Of a stretch of 64,000 nt of DNA, positions 11,901 through 23,571 are shown one piece after another. Under the pieces are notes generated by a model. That model was not told where the DNA came from and did not search any database. It saw only the letters and a list, made by a program, of their open reading frames with translations. Location of the stretch: contig NMRA01000009.1 of the NCBI GenBank assembly GCA_002633005.1, positions 729,169 to 793,168 of the forward strand. The letters run 5' to 3'. The DNA comes from Phoronis australis. Lineage: Eukaryota; Animalia; Phoronida. Each line of letters opens with the position of its first letter. The stretch's first letter is position 1. The position numbers and the translations under genes were made by a program.

Positions 11901-14900
11901 GTGATTTTATTACAAATCATCAATTTTCACTTTTGTCTGCCAGACATTCACTGAAATCAGAGTCAGTGCCTTTAACCATTCAAATACACTTAGGTCCGTT
12001 CCAGCAAAATCTGTATGGGAGGGGGGAGACACCCAGTTGAAATAAAAATTTATGGATGGTGGTCTTAAGAAGAAAATTTAAATTCTGGTTGGTGGTCTTT
12101 AGAAGACAATTGAAATTAAGGGTGGTGGTCATTAGAAGAAAATTTAAATTATGGGTGGTGGTTTTTAGAAGACAATTTAAAATATGTATGGTGGTCTTTA
12201 GAAGACAATTTAAATTACGGGTGGTAGTCTTTAGAAGACAATTTAAATTATGGGTGGTCCTTCTTGAAAGAAGTAAATCATTAAAACTGAGTCGTGTTTT
12301 TTGTCCTGTAAATGTTAACAGGTGGGTATTTTCAGCCAAACACTGACCTCAATATCCTCTGAAAACAATCATCAAAAATTTACTTTGCAGATACCAAACA
12401 CTATCCAAAAACAACAAAACAAGCCCAAGTTGCTAGTGTGCAGAGTGCAATACATACACTATGCTATTACTCAAGTCATGGGCAACTTGATTGCAGGGCC
12501 ATGTACAGTCACATGAGAATGAACATTACTGCAACACTAAAGTGGTGTTAACACATCTAAGAAAATTGACTTTTTAAATAAAAAGTATGAGGAGTCAGAT
12601 AGACAAGTCCCAATATTCACTTAGCATAGCAGTCTGAAAGCGTTGGTGTAGAGACTTTGAGATTCGTAGAATCATGAAATTAAAAAACCTTGTTAGCATT
12701 ACGGACACATGGTGAGCAGAGACACCTGGTGGCTGCTTAAATTATTGCTCACAGGTGTCTTTGAAAAGCAGGTTTATGGTAACTGACAGGAGTTGTGATC
12801 TCCCATGAAACTTTTCTGCACCCACAAACACTTTTGTGGTCACACATAGTAGGCATCCTGTCCGTCCGTTCATTTGTCCGTCGATCGATCCATCTGTCAT
12901 TATCATTTCTTGCCCATCATCTCAAGAAGCGCTTGGCGGATCATGATGAAGTTTGGTAAAGAGCTACTTGGCGGGGAAGCACCAACACAAGGCGATTTTC
13001 AGATGGATTTGGCTGCCGTTGTACCCCATGTTGGCTGCTTTAGTTTTTGAGAAGCCATTCCTTGTGTGTCGATTATCTCAAAAACTGCTCGACAGATCGC
13101 GATGAAATTTGATACAGATATATGGTAAGAATGTGCTGGCACCAGCCAATTTTTGGACAGATTCAACTACTGTGGCACCCTCTGTTAGTTTTCGACAGCT
13201 CAAGTCATTGTTTGTACGTTGATTATCTTGAAAACGCTGAACGGATCATGGTGACACTTGGTATTGAGATGGATGGCTGGTATGCGTTCGCAGCATTATA
13301 TTTTCGAACATATTTGGCTACTGTAGCACCCACTGTTGGCGATTTTAGTTTTTGACAAGACAGGCTGATAATCTCAAAAACTGCATTTTATATTTCAGAT
13401 AATTAAAAATTATGGGTCATGGGTTGGAGAAATAAAACAAAGATATGGGCGGTGGGTAAGAAATGAAAGTGCCTTCCCCCTCCCATACCTTTTTTACTGG
13501 AACAGCCCTTAAAATACTGTATTTAATGTGTGGGATTTGACTCAGTTGTTACTGCAGAGCTAGTGGGTTCCAATCTATGCTACAGCTAATTTCTCTTGAA
13601 TTCCTTTTCTCCCCGAGGGTGTCCCTTCACGTTCATGATCACATGACCGTAATCTCAAAACCTAATCACATGCTGTGTTGCTACAGATAGCAAAACACAA
13701 TGTTTTGGCATCTCTTAATAACTTATATTATACAGAAAAATGAGAGAAACTTTCCAACAACTGAACAGGATGACAAATGACTTTGTCTAAGCAATTACTG
13801 TTCTTAGTGCAACACATGTTGCTTTACAATGAAGGAATCATGGGGATTACTATAAAGTAAACCATAGTTTGATGGCGTTACTTTTGATGTGAAAATGAGA
13901 ACACCTCACACTATATTCTAATAAGGCAAAACCTTGGTTATGTTTCAACATTGAGCAAACAGTTGATACTATATTGATGTGTGTGCATGTTAGTGTATGC
14001 ATGGCATCTGTCTCTGTGTACGTTTAGCTGCTTTTTGAATAATTCCTTAAAAATTAAAAAAAAAACAAACAACCTTTAGCCTTCTGTGGAGATGACACAG
14101 AGCTTTGACTGTTATCACTTAGCCACTTGTCCTGAGGTCTGACTATGGCTGGCACCTCTTTCTCCTTCACAACTGGGACAGGCTGCGGCTCATCCTCAGT
14201 CTTCTCTTCATCACTGATGGTACTGATAACGATGAGATTGCTGCCTTTGGCTAGTTTGAATGGTGGCGTACCCATGAATGGAACTCCTGTTATGCTGGCC
14301 TTATGACCTCTTTGGTTGTGCTACAGACAAATACATAAAACTCACTATTAACACATAATACTGGTAATTAGACATTGCTACAAATTTCATAGTCTTTGAC
14401 AAATTAACAAATTATATCCTAGTAAGTAATTGTTGCCATACAAGTCCTCACAAAATCTAAGGCTCCATCTGTACTAACTGCCTTTCTCCGTTACCAAGCC
14501 TTCTAATTCTTCAAATATTTCTTAGGGACTTCCTTATAGCTCAAGACACCATATATTTTAGAACCCTAATCATAGAAACATGTTATGCTACAACATTTGT
14601 AGTCATACGACACGGATCATGTTTGTAAAACATGCTTTTTATACACCTCCATAGATGTGAACAATTTTTGCACTGAACTAGCAATTTTCCTTTCTATATT
14701 GAATTAGCTGGCGTTTAAGCTTCAGGGCTTGGAATGACCAATGACAAAAAACGCAGAAACTTTTACGGCCCAAATCATGCCCGATAACCAGCCTTGAAAT
14801 GGTCAATGTGAACCTTTCCAAGACAAAAATCGGGAGGACTAAAAAAAAAACGTTACCACCAGCAGTAGCATGCGTCTGCGTCCTTTTAGCTCGCCCGTCC

Positions 14901-17900
14901 ACTCCCAACCCACACATTTTTGGCTGCAGAGTGGTAGTATTTGTCGCCGCGCTTAACAATAAGACGCCATTGAAAATCCCACCACGCTGTCCCAGATGCC
15001 CCGGCAATGTTGACAATTTATGTTCCTCCGAAACATTAAGAGCAACTTCCGCTTTTCGAGGTGAACGTCGTCTGCAACGCCGCGGTAAGAAAGGAATTTG
15101 CCGCCGAAATTTTATATCAAATCTGATTTTTTTACGCGGAAATATTATAAAAAAAGCGGAAAGCACATTTGAAAAAAGCGGAAGTCCGCGTTTCCGCGGA
15201 AAATTCCAAGCCCTGAAGCTTCAGTTATTTATCATTTGCTAATACTGCTTTGTGGCATGTGCACTATCATTACCATTTCAATACTTCAAATTACATTGGA
15301 TACCTAACGAATACACCTTGTGAATATACCTATGTTTCGCTATGAATATTATCACAAAATTCTCATAAAATGTTGCACAGTTATAGTCAAAATGCAAAAC
15401 ACGGATATCTGCATACTTCTTTCACTACATAAAACTTACTTGTCTACCAGCAGCAGTCATTTTATTATGGTGCCTTTTTGTCATTAAGGCAGCCTTACGA
15501 AGCCGCTCAAGTTCAACATCATCATTGAGCTTGTCGTCTTTTGATTTCTGAAAATAAAGAATAATTTCCATCCATGACACAATAAATATACGACTCCCAA
15601 CATTTTCTATTATTGTCACAAAGCAGATGATTGCTGCTAATCAACGAGCTCAACTTAGCTCTAATACTAACAATAATATCATTCATAAAAACAACATTAT
15701 CATATTAGTAACATGAAACAAACCTTCATTGTTGCCATGGCAGCTGATCTTAAAGCCAACAAGTCTTCATCCTACAATTCAAATGAGATAATGAGAATAA
15801 AATTAAAACGTATCGATGCAAATATTTCATTAACTGGAAATACATCAAATGAAAGAAAATCTTCACAAAAACTTGAATTCAGTGGAGCGGACTTCAGTTT
15901 ATCACAGCATGGCACACAAGTGAGATGCTGTCAAGCCCTACTTTGTCTATTGGGTAAACTTTAGATTTAGACCACATACTGCTACAAGTTTGGTCTCAAC
16001 ATGGCACACAAGTGAGATGCTGTCAAGCCCTACTTTGTCCATTGGGTATACTTTAGATTTAGACCACATACTGCTATAAGTTTGGTCTCAACTTGTTCTT
16101 TACTCACATGAGAAGCCATTTATGGGTTTACAAAGAGCTGAGTTTGTTATTTCTTGAGACCATGCTCGGGGCAAAAATGATACTACGAGACAAGCTTATT
16201 CCAGCAGTATAGCCTGGTCTCAAGGAATAACAAAAATGTCAGCCCCAAGGAAGCCTGGAATCACCATTAAATTGACTGAGCAACAATTTGATACCAATTA
16301 CATAAGAGTTTTGTAACTTGTCTAAATCGAAAGTTAGTTTTTGTGGAGGAAGGTGTATTTGCAAAAGAGTAATTCTTCAAGAGCCAACTCTGAGGAACAC
16401 GCATATCTGACATAGCCACATATGGCATCACTAGTCCCATGTGGTGTCCCGTACAGTCTCGACACAACTTCACTCATATATGTGCCTAGCGTGTAACACA
16501 ATGCAACATGTTAACATTGCCATTAGCCATATCATTTGGGGGCAATTACAACTTTTCAAAAGGTTTTTAAACATTCCCAGACATGAATGTCTGTAATTAG
16601 TCTTCAAGTGTTTTTCTAATATACACTTTCTTGGTTTCTAAGCAATGTGAAATGAACCTCAAAATCAAATAAGAAACGAAAAATTTCCGTCCACTTCTAG
16701 CCCTACACTGAACTCTTGGAAAGAACAACACGCACACACACACCAGAAAAGTGACTCGTTAACTTTTCACCGCGTGTAATAACCACAAAGTATTTCAATT
16801 GACATCACGCGATTTAGGCAACAAGCACTAGACTGTGTGAAGCGCCTAAACTGGCGCGTGACACTTGCAAAAAAAGTAGCAAGTGACGATATTCAGTGTA
16901 ATTTATAAAATTTGAGTCCCTTGGAATTTTTGTTCGTAAACAGATATAATTTTGTAGATCTCCTTCAAAATGGTAACCGGTGCAGAGATTTCGTTAAGTA
17001 TGGGTCAGTGCATGGACCAGTGCATGGGCCAGTGTATGGACCAGTACATGGACCAGTGCATGGAACAGTGCATGGGCCAGTGCATGGACCAGTGCATGGG
17101 ACAGTGCATGGACCATTGCATGGGCCAGTGTATGGACCAGTACATGGAACAGTGCATGGGACAGTGCATGGACCAGTGCATGGGCCAGTGTATGGACCAG
17201 TACATGGACCAGTGCATGGACCAGTGCATGGACCAGTGCATGGGTCAGTGCATGGACCAGTGCATGGACCAGTGCATGGACCAGTGCATGGAACAGTGCA
17301 TGGACCAGTGCATGGAACAGTGCATGGACCAGTGCATGGACCAGTGCATGGGCCAGTGCATGGGACAGTGCATGGGACAGTGCATGGGATAGTACATGGG
17401 ACAGTGTATGGGCCATCGGAATGGATCTGATTTAGTTTCAGAATGTCTCATTGGTTTTACTATAGTCCAGACATTTTCCACATTGACTTGTGAATAGAGA
17501 ACATTTTGAAAAATCAGCAACCTGTTTAGAAATAAGCACATAACCACCAATCAGTTGGCACTGGCACTGGCTAATCTACATGCACTTGTGGTGCAACCTG
17601 TGTAACAAGTGGCCTATATGATAGGAGGCCACTTGATTAGTGGACAATTTCTGCAGTGAAAAAGATGTCAGATCTATACTGGTGACAAATACTCTAAGAG
17701 ATATAAGGAATTGCATTTTGCAACACAACATTGTGGATACAGCGAATTAGTTTAATTATGACTTTTGTAACCTCAATTTTGCTGCTGAACGATACTTTGA
17801 TTTTGTGAAAATCTTTACAAGTAAAGTCACCATGATGTTGGAATGACACCTAGTGGCTAAAACTGGATATCTGCTCTGCTCACTTGTTTTTGGAACCTCT

Positions 17901-20619
17901 GATGTGGAAACACCATTTACTATGATTACCATGACAACTTACACCAATTGGAAAACATATTTTGTGAACTTAAAAGCGGACTACATAATTATTCAATTAC
18001 TTTACTAATGAAACTAGCTATGTTACTTATCAAATCACAGGCATGTTTGGTATCAAACAATACAGTTTTGATCACTTCAATGGCGAATTTTGTCCGGCTC
18101 ACTATCAAAATGTCCCGACAGATTTTGACAATTCAGAATGAATATCCAGGACGCAGAAAAACTACCAAAATCTCTGCTGGTGATGGAAGCTCGATTGAAC
18201 CGCGACAGATTTTCATGGATATGTTCAAATTATGTTGACTAAATTGTCTCTAGAATCACGGTACATGTTAACTGTAATTCAATATGTATATTTGCATGCT
18301 TCATTCAATGGTATACGCCGTATGGGGCGTACACCGGCAATAAATTGGCTAGGGCGAACCTAGAGAGTCCACTTTACTTTAAGAGTTTACGACACAGCAA
18401 AAAACTATCACTGCCACGAACAGTTATCCTTTGGAAAGTGTGGTCAGCACAATTTGCGACATCCTAGATTTACATTTGATACTTTCTATCTACATCAGCA
18501 GTAAATTGATACAAAATGCCCGCATTTTGAGAGCCCATTGATGCATGCATTCAGAGGAGAAAACTAGGTCTCAAAATTTAGGCACGTTATGTTACACAAT
18601 AATAGTCGGATACATGGGCCCCTGGTTTGAGAACCAGTTACTTCCACTGAATAACACCCCCTATTCAGTAGTAGTAACTGGTTCTCGAAACAAGTTTTAA
18701 ATCAGGGACCAATCTATCCAACTATTACCATATCAGACTATTAACATCTACCTCTCCAGCCATCTCATGCTAATACTTGAAAATTCTGAGATGGCAAGTA
18801 ACGACTTTAAAAAACAAATTTTTGTCATGACAATTTCTTTAGACACACTGAAATAAGTTACCGGTTATTGTTTACAATCGGACTCCATTAAAGTACCCAC
18901 TTAATATTGACATTTTATGAATCCTCTCATCAGGGTGATTCCAAAAATGTATTAGTCGTACTGATTAGGCTCTTTTTATTCATGCATTCACCGTTTTTAC
19001 GAGGTGCTCATTTGCGGAAGCCGATCTCGAGTGACCGTCATTATAAAATTGCGACACCTGTCGGCAGGAATGATAACTATAACGGTCATGCGTGTGTCAA
19101 AAAGACCCCAAAATTGGCGAGCATGTTGAAGATACCGCGTAGCATGTTAGGGAAACTCTGAGTAAAAAAACAGTAATAGTCATTTATAAAGGATTCCCTC
19201 TTCAAAACTTCACTAGAAAAACATGAGAGTATGTGTTCTCGCGGACAAATGTCGTCCTCCAAAACACTTGAGATCTCGCTGCCAAACTAAATTCGCGTTG
19301 CAAATGAACGCTTTGGAAAAACTTGGAAATTGTGAATAATAATCGACCAATCAGTACAAGTAATGCATTTTTGGAATCGCCATGACTAGAGGACTTAGAA
19401 AATAGTATACACCGGTGACCTAAAGTCGTGAATATAAGCATAATAAGTGCCGATTGTCATACTACCCAATGTCCGTTAGCAATTGCTCATGTGATGTCAT
19501 GGACATATGTCAGCCTTCACAAATATACGTGTTTTGACAATCTTAATCCTTGTTTGTCTCCGTAAGCAGAGTTTTGAAACGGTCGCTGATATCGGCGGCC
19601 ATTTTGAATGAGGCCCTAAAGTCGTGACCGTTTCGGTTATACGGAAATACACGAAGTAAGACCTCACAAGTCAACTACAGTGCGTACAGTTACTCTAGAT
19701 GACATAAAAATGCATTGCATTGTTTATTAATTCAGTTTCAATTGAAATAAATTGTTAAAAGTTTTGCACCCAACTTTGATGTGCACAGACGTTTTCAATG
19801 AGGTTGTTCACGTAAAACGCTAAGAACCCAGCATAAATTATCGCTCTGTATTTTATTGTTTTGGCCTTACAAAACTTGATCAACCCTGGGACATTTTGAT
19901 ACATTGTTCAAGCTATTTTTGGAGCGTGTGTTTGAGTAAATCTGAACGATAAATATTTTCGAAAATATATCCCAAAAATGCCCAAAAAAGTGAATTAGTG
20001 AAATATGCTGTTTTTAAGATACATTTGAAAAAAGAAGCCACCCACTCACTGTTTGTTATCATATTGTGAATACAAACACGTCCGGGTATTCGTTTGACGT
20101 TCGTAAGCAGACGAACGCTGGAAACTTCAACGCCAGATGTCGCAGGACCGCGCAGAAGAGGAAATAAGATCGTTCACGACTTTAGGGCACTCACGACTTT
20201 AGGGCACTCACGACTTTAAGGCCTCTGACGGTAGTATCAAGTATGTACGTTAATGGAGTCGGATTGTAAACAATAACCCAGTTACCAGATGTAAGCGCAA
20301 TAGGCATGGATTATCTGATGACAGCGTTGTTTTCGTTTTGAATGTGACTCGAGTTCGACATCCCATGCCCGAATCAAGCAATTCTCGGAGAACGACGAGT
20401 GTCGCCGTCGGAACTGTGTGTTCGAACTCGGACACCTCACTTTGTTTAAAGAGAAATACTTGGCCAAAAACATTACAGATCACCATTTAACTTTACCATA
20501 GCACAAATGCATAAAAAAGAAGTATTAGCATAGCAAAGTCTCGCAGTTATCGTCACGTAACAATGATATATTCGCAGTTTGTTCACTACAAGTTTCAAAC
20601 CAACCTCGCCGGAAGCCAT
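8362..20619 (-). CDS. Six-exon gene for an uncharacterised ~927-aa low-complexity Arg/Ser/Asp/Glu-rich, probably nuclear protein (whole-gene span)
   Basis: Exons 20619-20605, 15771-15724, 15547-15440, 14320-14074, 11218-9446, 8954-8362. All introns are GT-AG, phases 0,0,0,1,1 join in frame, total 2784 nt = 928 codons including the stop. Confidence 0.8.
9446..11218 (-). CDS. Uncharacterised gene, large exon 5 (acidic/Ser tract, RD/RS-rich region, charged coiled-coil-like stretch)
   Basis: 1773-nt open frame that extends the 532-aa ORF upstream (QDKFSRYESSESDEDGG…); acceptor cttacttcag, donor AAG|GTTAGT. Confidence 0.9.
12048..12260. repeat. 33-bp tandem repeat, about 6.5 copies
   Basis: aaattatgggtggtggtctttagaagacaattt. 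Confidence 0.9.
12812..13385 (+). mobile_element. Degraded Helentron-associated (HINE/DINE-1-like) element
   Basis: T-rich start, cccacaaa…ttgtgg hairpin, (gtcc)n tract, then ~150-bp subunits containing atgaaatttg, as in the copies at 30-37 kb. Confidence 0.55.
14074..14320 (-). CDS. Uncharacterised gene, exon 4 (HNQRGHK…SNLIVIS…IVRPQDKW…KAK)
   Basis: Acceptor tgtctgtag, donor AAG|GTTGTT, phase 0 to 1. Confidence 0.85.
14723..15215 (-). mobile_element. hAT-like MITE, copy 1, 6-bp TSD AAGCTT
   Basis: TIRs CAGGGCTTGGAAT…ATTCCAAGCCCTG; aagctt on both flanks; homologous to 41964-42460 in the opposite orientation. Confidence 0.85.
15440..15547 (-). CDS. Uncharacterised gene, exon 3 (KSKDDKLNDDVELERLRKAALMTKR…)
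   Basis: Acceptor tattttcag, donor CAA|GTAAGT, 108 nt. Confidence 0.85.
15724..15771 (-). CDS. Uncharacterised gene, exon 2 (DEDLLALRSAAMATMK)
   Basis: 48 nt, TAG acceptor, donor AAG|GTTTGT; the motif parallels exon 3. Confidence 0.75.
15908..16091. repeat. 92-bp direct duplication
   Basis: catggcacacaagtgagatgctgtcaagccc…ggtctcaa x2. Confidence 0.9.
17000..17415. repeat. 12-bp minisatellite, about 34 copies
   Basis: gtgcatggacca; explains the GPVH/MDQC/HALV ORFs. Confidence 0.97.
18601..18726. mobile_element. ~126-bp palindromic miniature element
   Basis: aatagtcggatacatgggcccctg / cagggaccaatctatccaactatt and gagaaccagttact / agtaactggttctc are inverted pairs. Confidence 0.65.
18857..20286. 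mobile_element. Long-TIR MITE whose right arm is split by a nested ~820-bp element (~19410-20234)
   Basis: Left arm 18857-18985 is the reverse complement of 19333-19408 plus 20235-20286; the insert carries ccctaaagtcgtga subterminal repeats in inverted orientation. Confidence 0.7.
20605..20619 (-). CDS. Uncharacterised gene, first coding exon (MASGE)
   Basis: gcaATGG Kozak-like context, donor GAG|GTTGGT, phase 0, in a CpG-richer promoter-like region. Confidence 0.65.
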
Positions 20620-20860
20620 TGCTTCAGTCAAATTGACGCATGTGCAAGACCCATTTCCGTTCTAGAATTTCCTTTATATCGTTTTTTGCTGATATTTTCG
20701 GTCTTTTTCGATATCTCTGAACTTTCAATACACTTTTGTGCACCCATTCGTCATTGCGCTGGTCACTTTTTCATAAAAAGAGTAATGCAAGGGCATACGA
20801 GTTTTGAAGAGAAATCTGTGCTCTGATTGGTCAGATATTCAAGGTGCCATTTTTGAATTT
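20620..20860. promoter_or_regulatory. Putative bidirectional promoter: CCAAT box (ATTGG 20826-20830), CHR-like TTTGAA (20803-20808, 20852-20857), YY1-like GCCATTTT
   Basis: Lies between the minus-gene ATG and a perfect CAG|GTAAGT donor at 20938/20939. CCAAT plus CHR is the known architecture of G2/M gene promoters. Confidence 0.5.
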
Positions 20861-20938
20861 TCAACTTTGTTTAACAACTCGCTTCCTGGTTCTTGGACTT
20901 GAGGTGAAAAAACGTTACAACTACTTATTTTCATGCAG
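20860..20938 (+). other. MELK: Putative non-coding first exon of MELK (start approximate)
   Basis: Consensus donor CAG|GTAAGT. The ATG exon is preceded by an acceptor (25022), so an upstream exon is required. Confidence 0.5.
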
Positions 20939-21060
20939 GTAAGTTATCGTGCTGTAAAACGCACATGTTCAAGAATAAATTTGAATCTATTCTCGCCATT
21001 TTAACACTGTCTAAGTGACCATTATACAGTGACCACAGTCTCTAGTAGAGACTTAGCTTA

Positions 21061-21987
21061 GGCAATGACCATCGCCTCTGTTGGCCCGAACCAGAGGCGA
21101 TGTAGAGGCTATAGGCGCTCTGTACGCCGGAAGCTTTTCGGCGAATTATGCCTTGCACCGACTAAACCATCAAAGTCATGTTGTTATAATTACCTTATGC
21201 GCATAGAGGAACACCTGAGGAGGTTGTCGATGTGTTTAATTCCTTCCAACTCGAACAAATACTCCCATTATATCAAACTTTTTCTTCGAGCAGTCCCTAT
21301 TTCAGTTCCCAAAATCGTGAAATCAAAATTTTTGTACTGCGCACGCTCCAATTTTTACCGCGCTCGCTAGATGATGTGACTTCATGACCTCAATCTTTAA
21401 AGAGGCCAAAGGTGAGCCATTGCGGTCTTGTCAGTCAAATGTTCGTTTCCAAAATGCCACCACTTATACTTGTCTTTAATTGGCGTTACTTGAAACTGAT
21501 TGTATTTCATTGAATTATTGTTTGTATTTGATAAAAATAAATGCTGTTGATATGACATTTAATAGTCTTTGTGCACATATTTGACATTTTAATGTTTAAC
21601 AACACGGCAAATGCACGGCTGGTTCCCGGCAGCACGTACGCAAAGGGCGGGAACTTCAGCTTTCAAAGTTCGCCGGTAGGTCCGCAACTTCTGACCTTCG
21701 GCCTGGTTAGAAAAATGAAAATGTTGATTTCACAATTTTGGAAATTGAAATAGGGACTGCTCGAAGAAAAAGTTTCATAACGGGAGTATTTGTTCGAGTT
21801 GGAAGGAATTAAACACATCGACAACCTCCTAAGGTGTTCCTCTATGCACAAAAGGTATTTATAACAACGTGACTCTGATGGTTTAGTCGGTGCGAGGCAT
21901 AATTCGCCGAAAAGCTTCCGGCGTACGGAGCGCCTATAGCCTCTGCATCGCCTCTGGTTCGGGACAACAGAGGCGATGGTCATTGCC
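21061..21987. mobile_element. Foldback/MITE with ~270-bp inverted arms, flanked by TA
   Basis: 21061-21333 is the reverse complement of 21715-21987 (mirror ORFs MTIASV.PNQRRCRGY…); TA on both sides; short terminal hairpins. Confidence 0.85.
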
Positions 21988-22849
21988 TACCAGCCAGCTA
22001 GCTGTATGAAGAATGTCGTCAAAATACAGCTATGTCCCACTGTGTGTATTTCTTCCGTAGACCCCGAAATTGCACACAGCCTGGGTAGTTCTGCTCGTCA
22101 CAGCGCCGTGAAACTTGTATCAACATGTAAAGCTAAAAACCGGACGGTGTTCATGCAAAATCTGGGAGTCAACCGACACTCACCTTTCCCGTTACAGCCG
22201 TTTTTAAAAGTGAAAAACAATGCAATAAACGTCATTTTCTTGTGTAACTCTCCGCCTTTTCTAACAATGAAAACTATTTCGTCGTTTTGGAAACAGTACG
22301 CTCATGTCACGCGCACGCGCCATTTCCTAAATTTTTGCAACATCTCTCGGGTGATGATGATAGCTTGGCAGCAGCAAAATTTCTTCTGAAATTCGATTTT
22401 TCGGTATCAAAATTCTAAAAACTTAAAATGAAGTGAAACCAGTTCTGATAATTTGTTGTGACGTGTACGCAAGCTCGTGAAAGAACAACAGTTGATTGAA
22501 GAATCGGTGAAAAAAGAAACTGGCCAATAGGTGACGCAATATTTCACGGCGCCGAAAGCCGTCGCTAAAGATCGCTCCACAAATTTAGCAGCAGAATAAC
22601 GGTAGAACGCCATTTTTGCCAACACCGTTAAATAATTTAGTTTACTCTAGGAAGACTGTAGTTTTTAATGACACCAATTTTGTGTCAGATTTTATCTTGC
22701 CAATTTTTTACCCACATCGGTGCAAAGCTGTATATTTATATACAACTGTATATTTGTATACAGCTTTGTACCAAGGCTACTAGTAGTAGAGACTACTGTC
22801 TCGGCAGTAGAGAGACTGTGAACTGTGAAGCTCTTACTACTAATATAGA

Positions 22850-23546
22850 CGCTTAATACGCCGGAAGATTTTCGGTGAATTAGGCCTCGCACTGACTAAA
22901 ACATTAATGCTACGTTGTTATAAATACCTTTTGCGCAGCCATAGAGGGACACCTTATATACTCTATATGTATCATAAGACTGTCGATGTATTTAATTCCT
23001 TCCAACTCCAACAAATACTTCCGGTTATCAAACTTTACTTCGAGCAGTTCCTTTTGTTCAGTTCCCAAAATCAATAACTCACCAGGGGATATGACGTCAT
23101 ACCACCTGGCGCGCGCAGTGTTAAAAATGCTGAGTTACCGATTTGGGAACTGAACGAGGCTTACGAGGGACTGCTCGAAGAAAAAGTTTGCTAACGCCCA
23201 ACGGGGTATTTGTTTGAGTTGGAAGGAATTACAACGGCCTCCAAAGGTGTCCCTTTGTGACCAAAATGTATTTATAACAATGTGACTTTGATGTTTTGCT
23301 CAGTGCAAGGCATAATTCGCCGAAAAGCTTCCGGGTATGAAGCACCTATAGGAGCTCCAGCGTCCTACGTGCCAGTGACCACCGTCTCTGACTAGAATCT
23401 AGGCAGGGTGATGTAATTGCCTAGAGACGGTGTAGCTCCTAGGGAGCTTCATACGCCAGAAGCTTTTCGGCAAAGTATGCCTCATACTGACTAAAACATC
23501 AAATTCATGTTGTTATAAATACCTTGTGCGCATAGAGGGGCACCTT
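22850..23546. mobile_element. Second, more diverged foldback element of the same family plus a partial third arm
   Basis: Arms ~22857-23085 and ~23130-23360 are inverted; a further arm at 23430-23546; shared motifs ccggaagcttttcggcgaatt and ttccttccaactc. Confidence 0.75.
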
Positions 23547-23571
23547 GACCTTTTCCTTGTATTGTATTTAA

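Larger units (their letters stand above)
11993..13508. mobile_element. PIF/Harbinger-like MITE with TTA TSD, internal 33-bp repeats and a nested Helentron-type element
   Basis: Imperfect TIRs ggtccgttccagcaaaatctgtatgggaggggg / cccccctcccatacctttttactggaacagccc-like; TTA at 11990-11992 and 13509-13511. Confidence 0.5.

Noticed and set aside
14678-15242. ORFs of 147-162 aa, with similar ORFs at 41944-42483
   Set aside because: They lie within a non-coding MITE; the frame is not preserved between copies and there are no transposase motifs.
16912-17550. GPVH / MDQC / HALV repeat proteins
   Set aside because: An intronic 12-bp minisatellite read in several frames.
21065-21983. Pair of homologous ~100-aa ORFs on opposite strands
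   Set aside because: Chance ORFs in the two arms of a foldback element; disrupted in the other copies.
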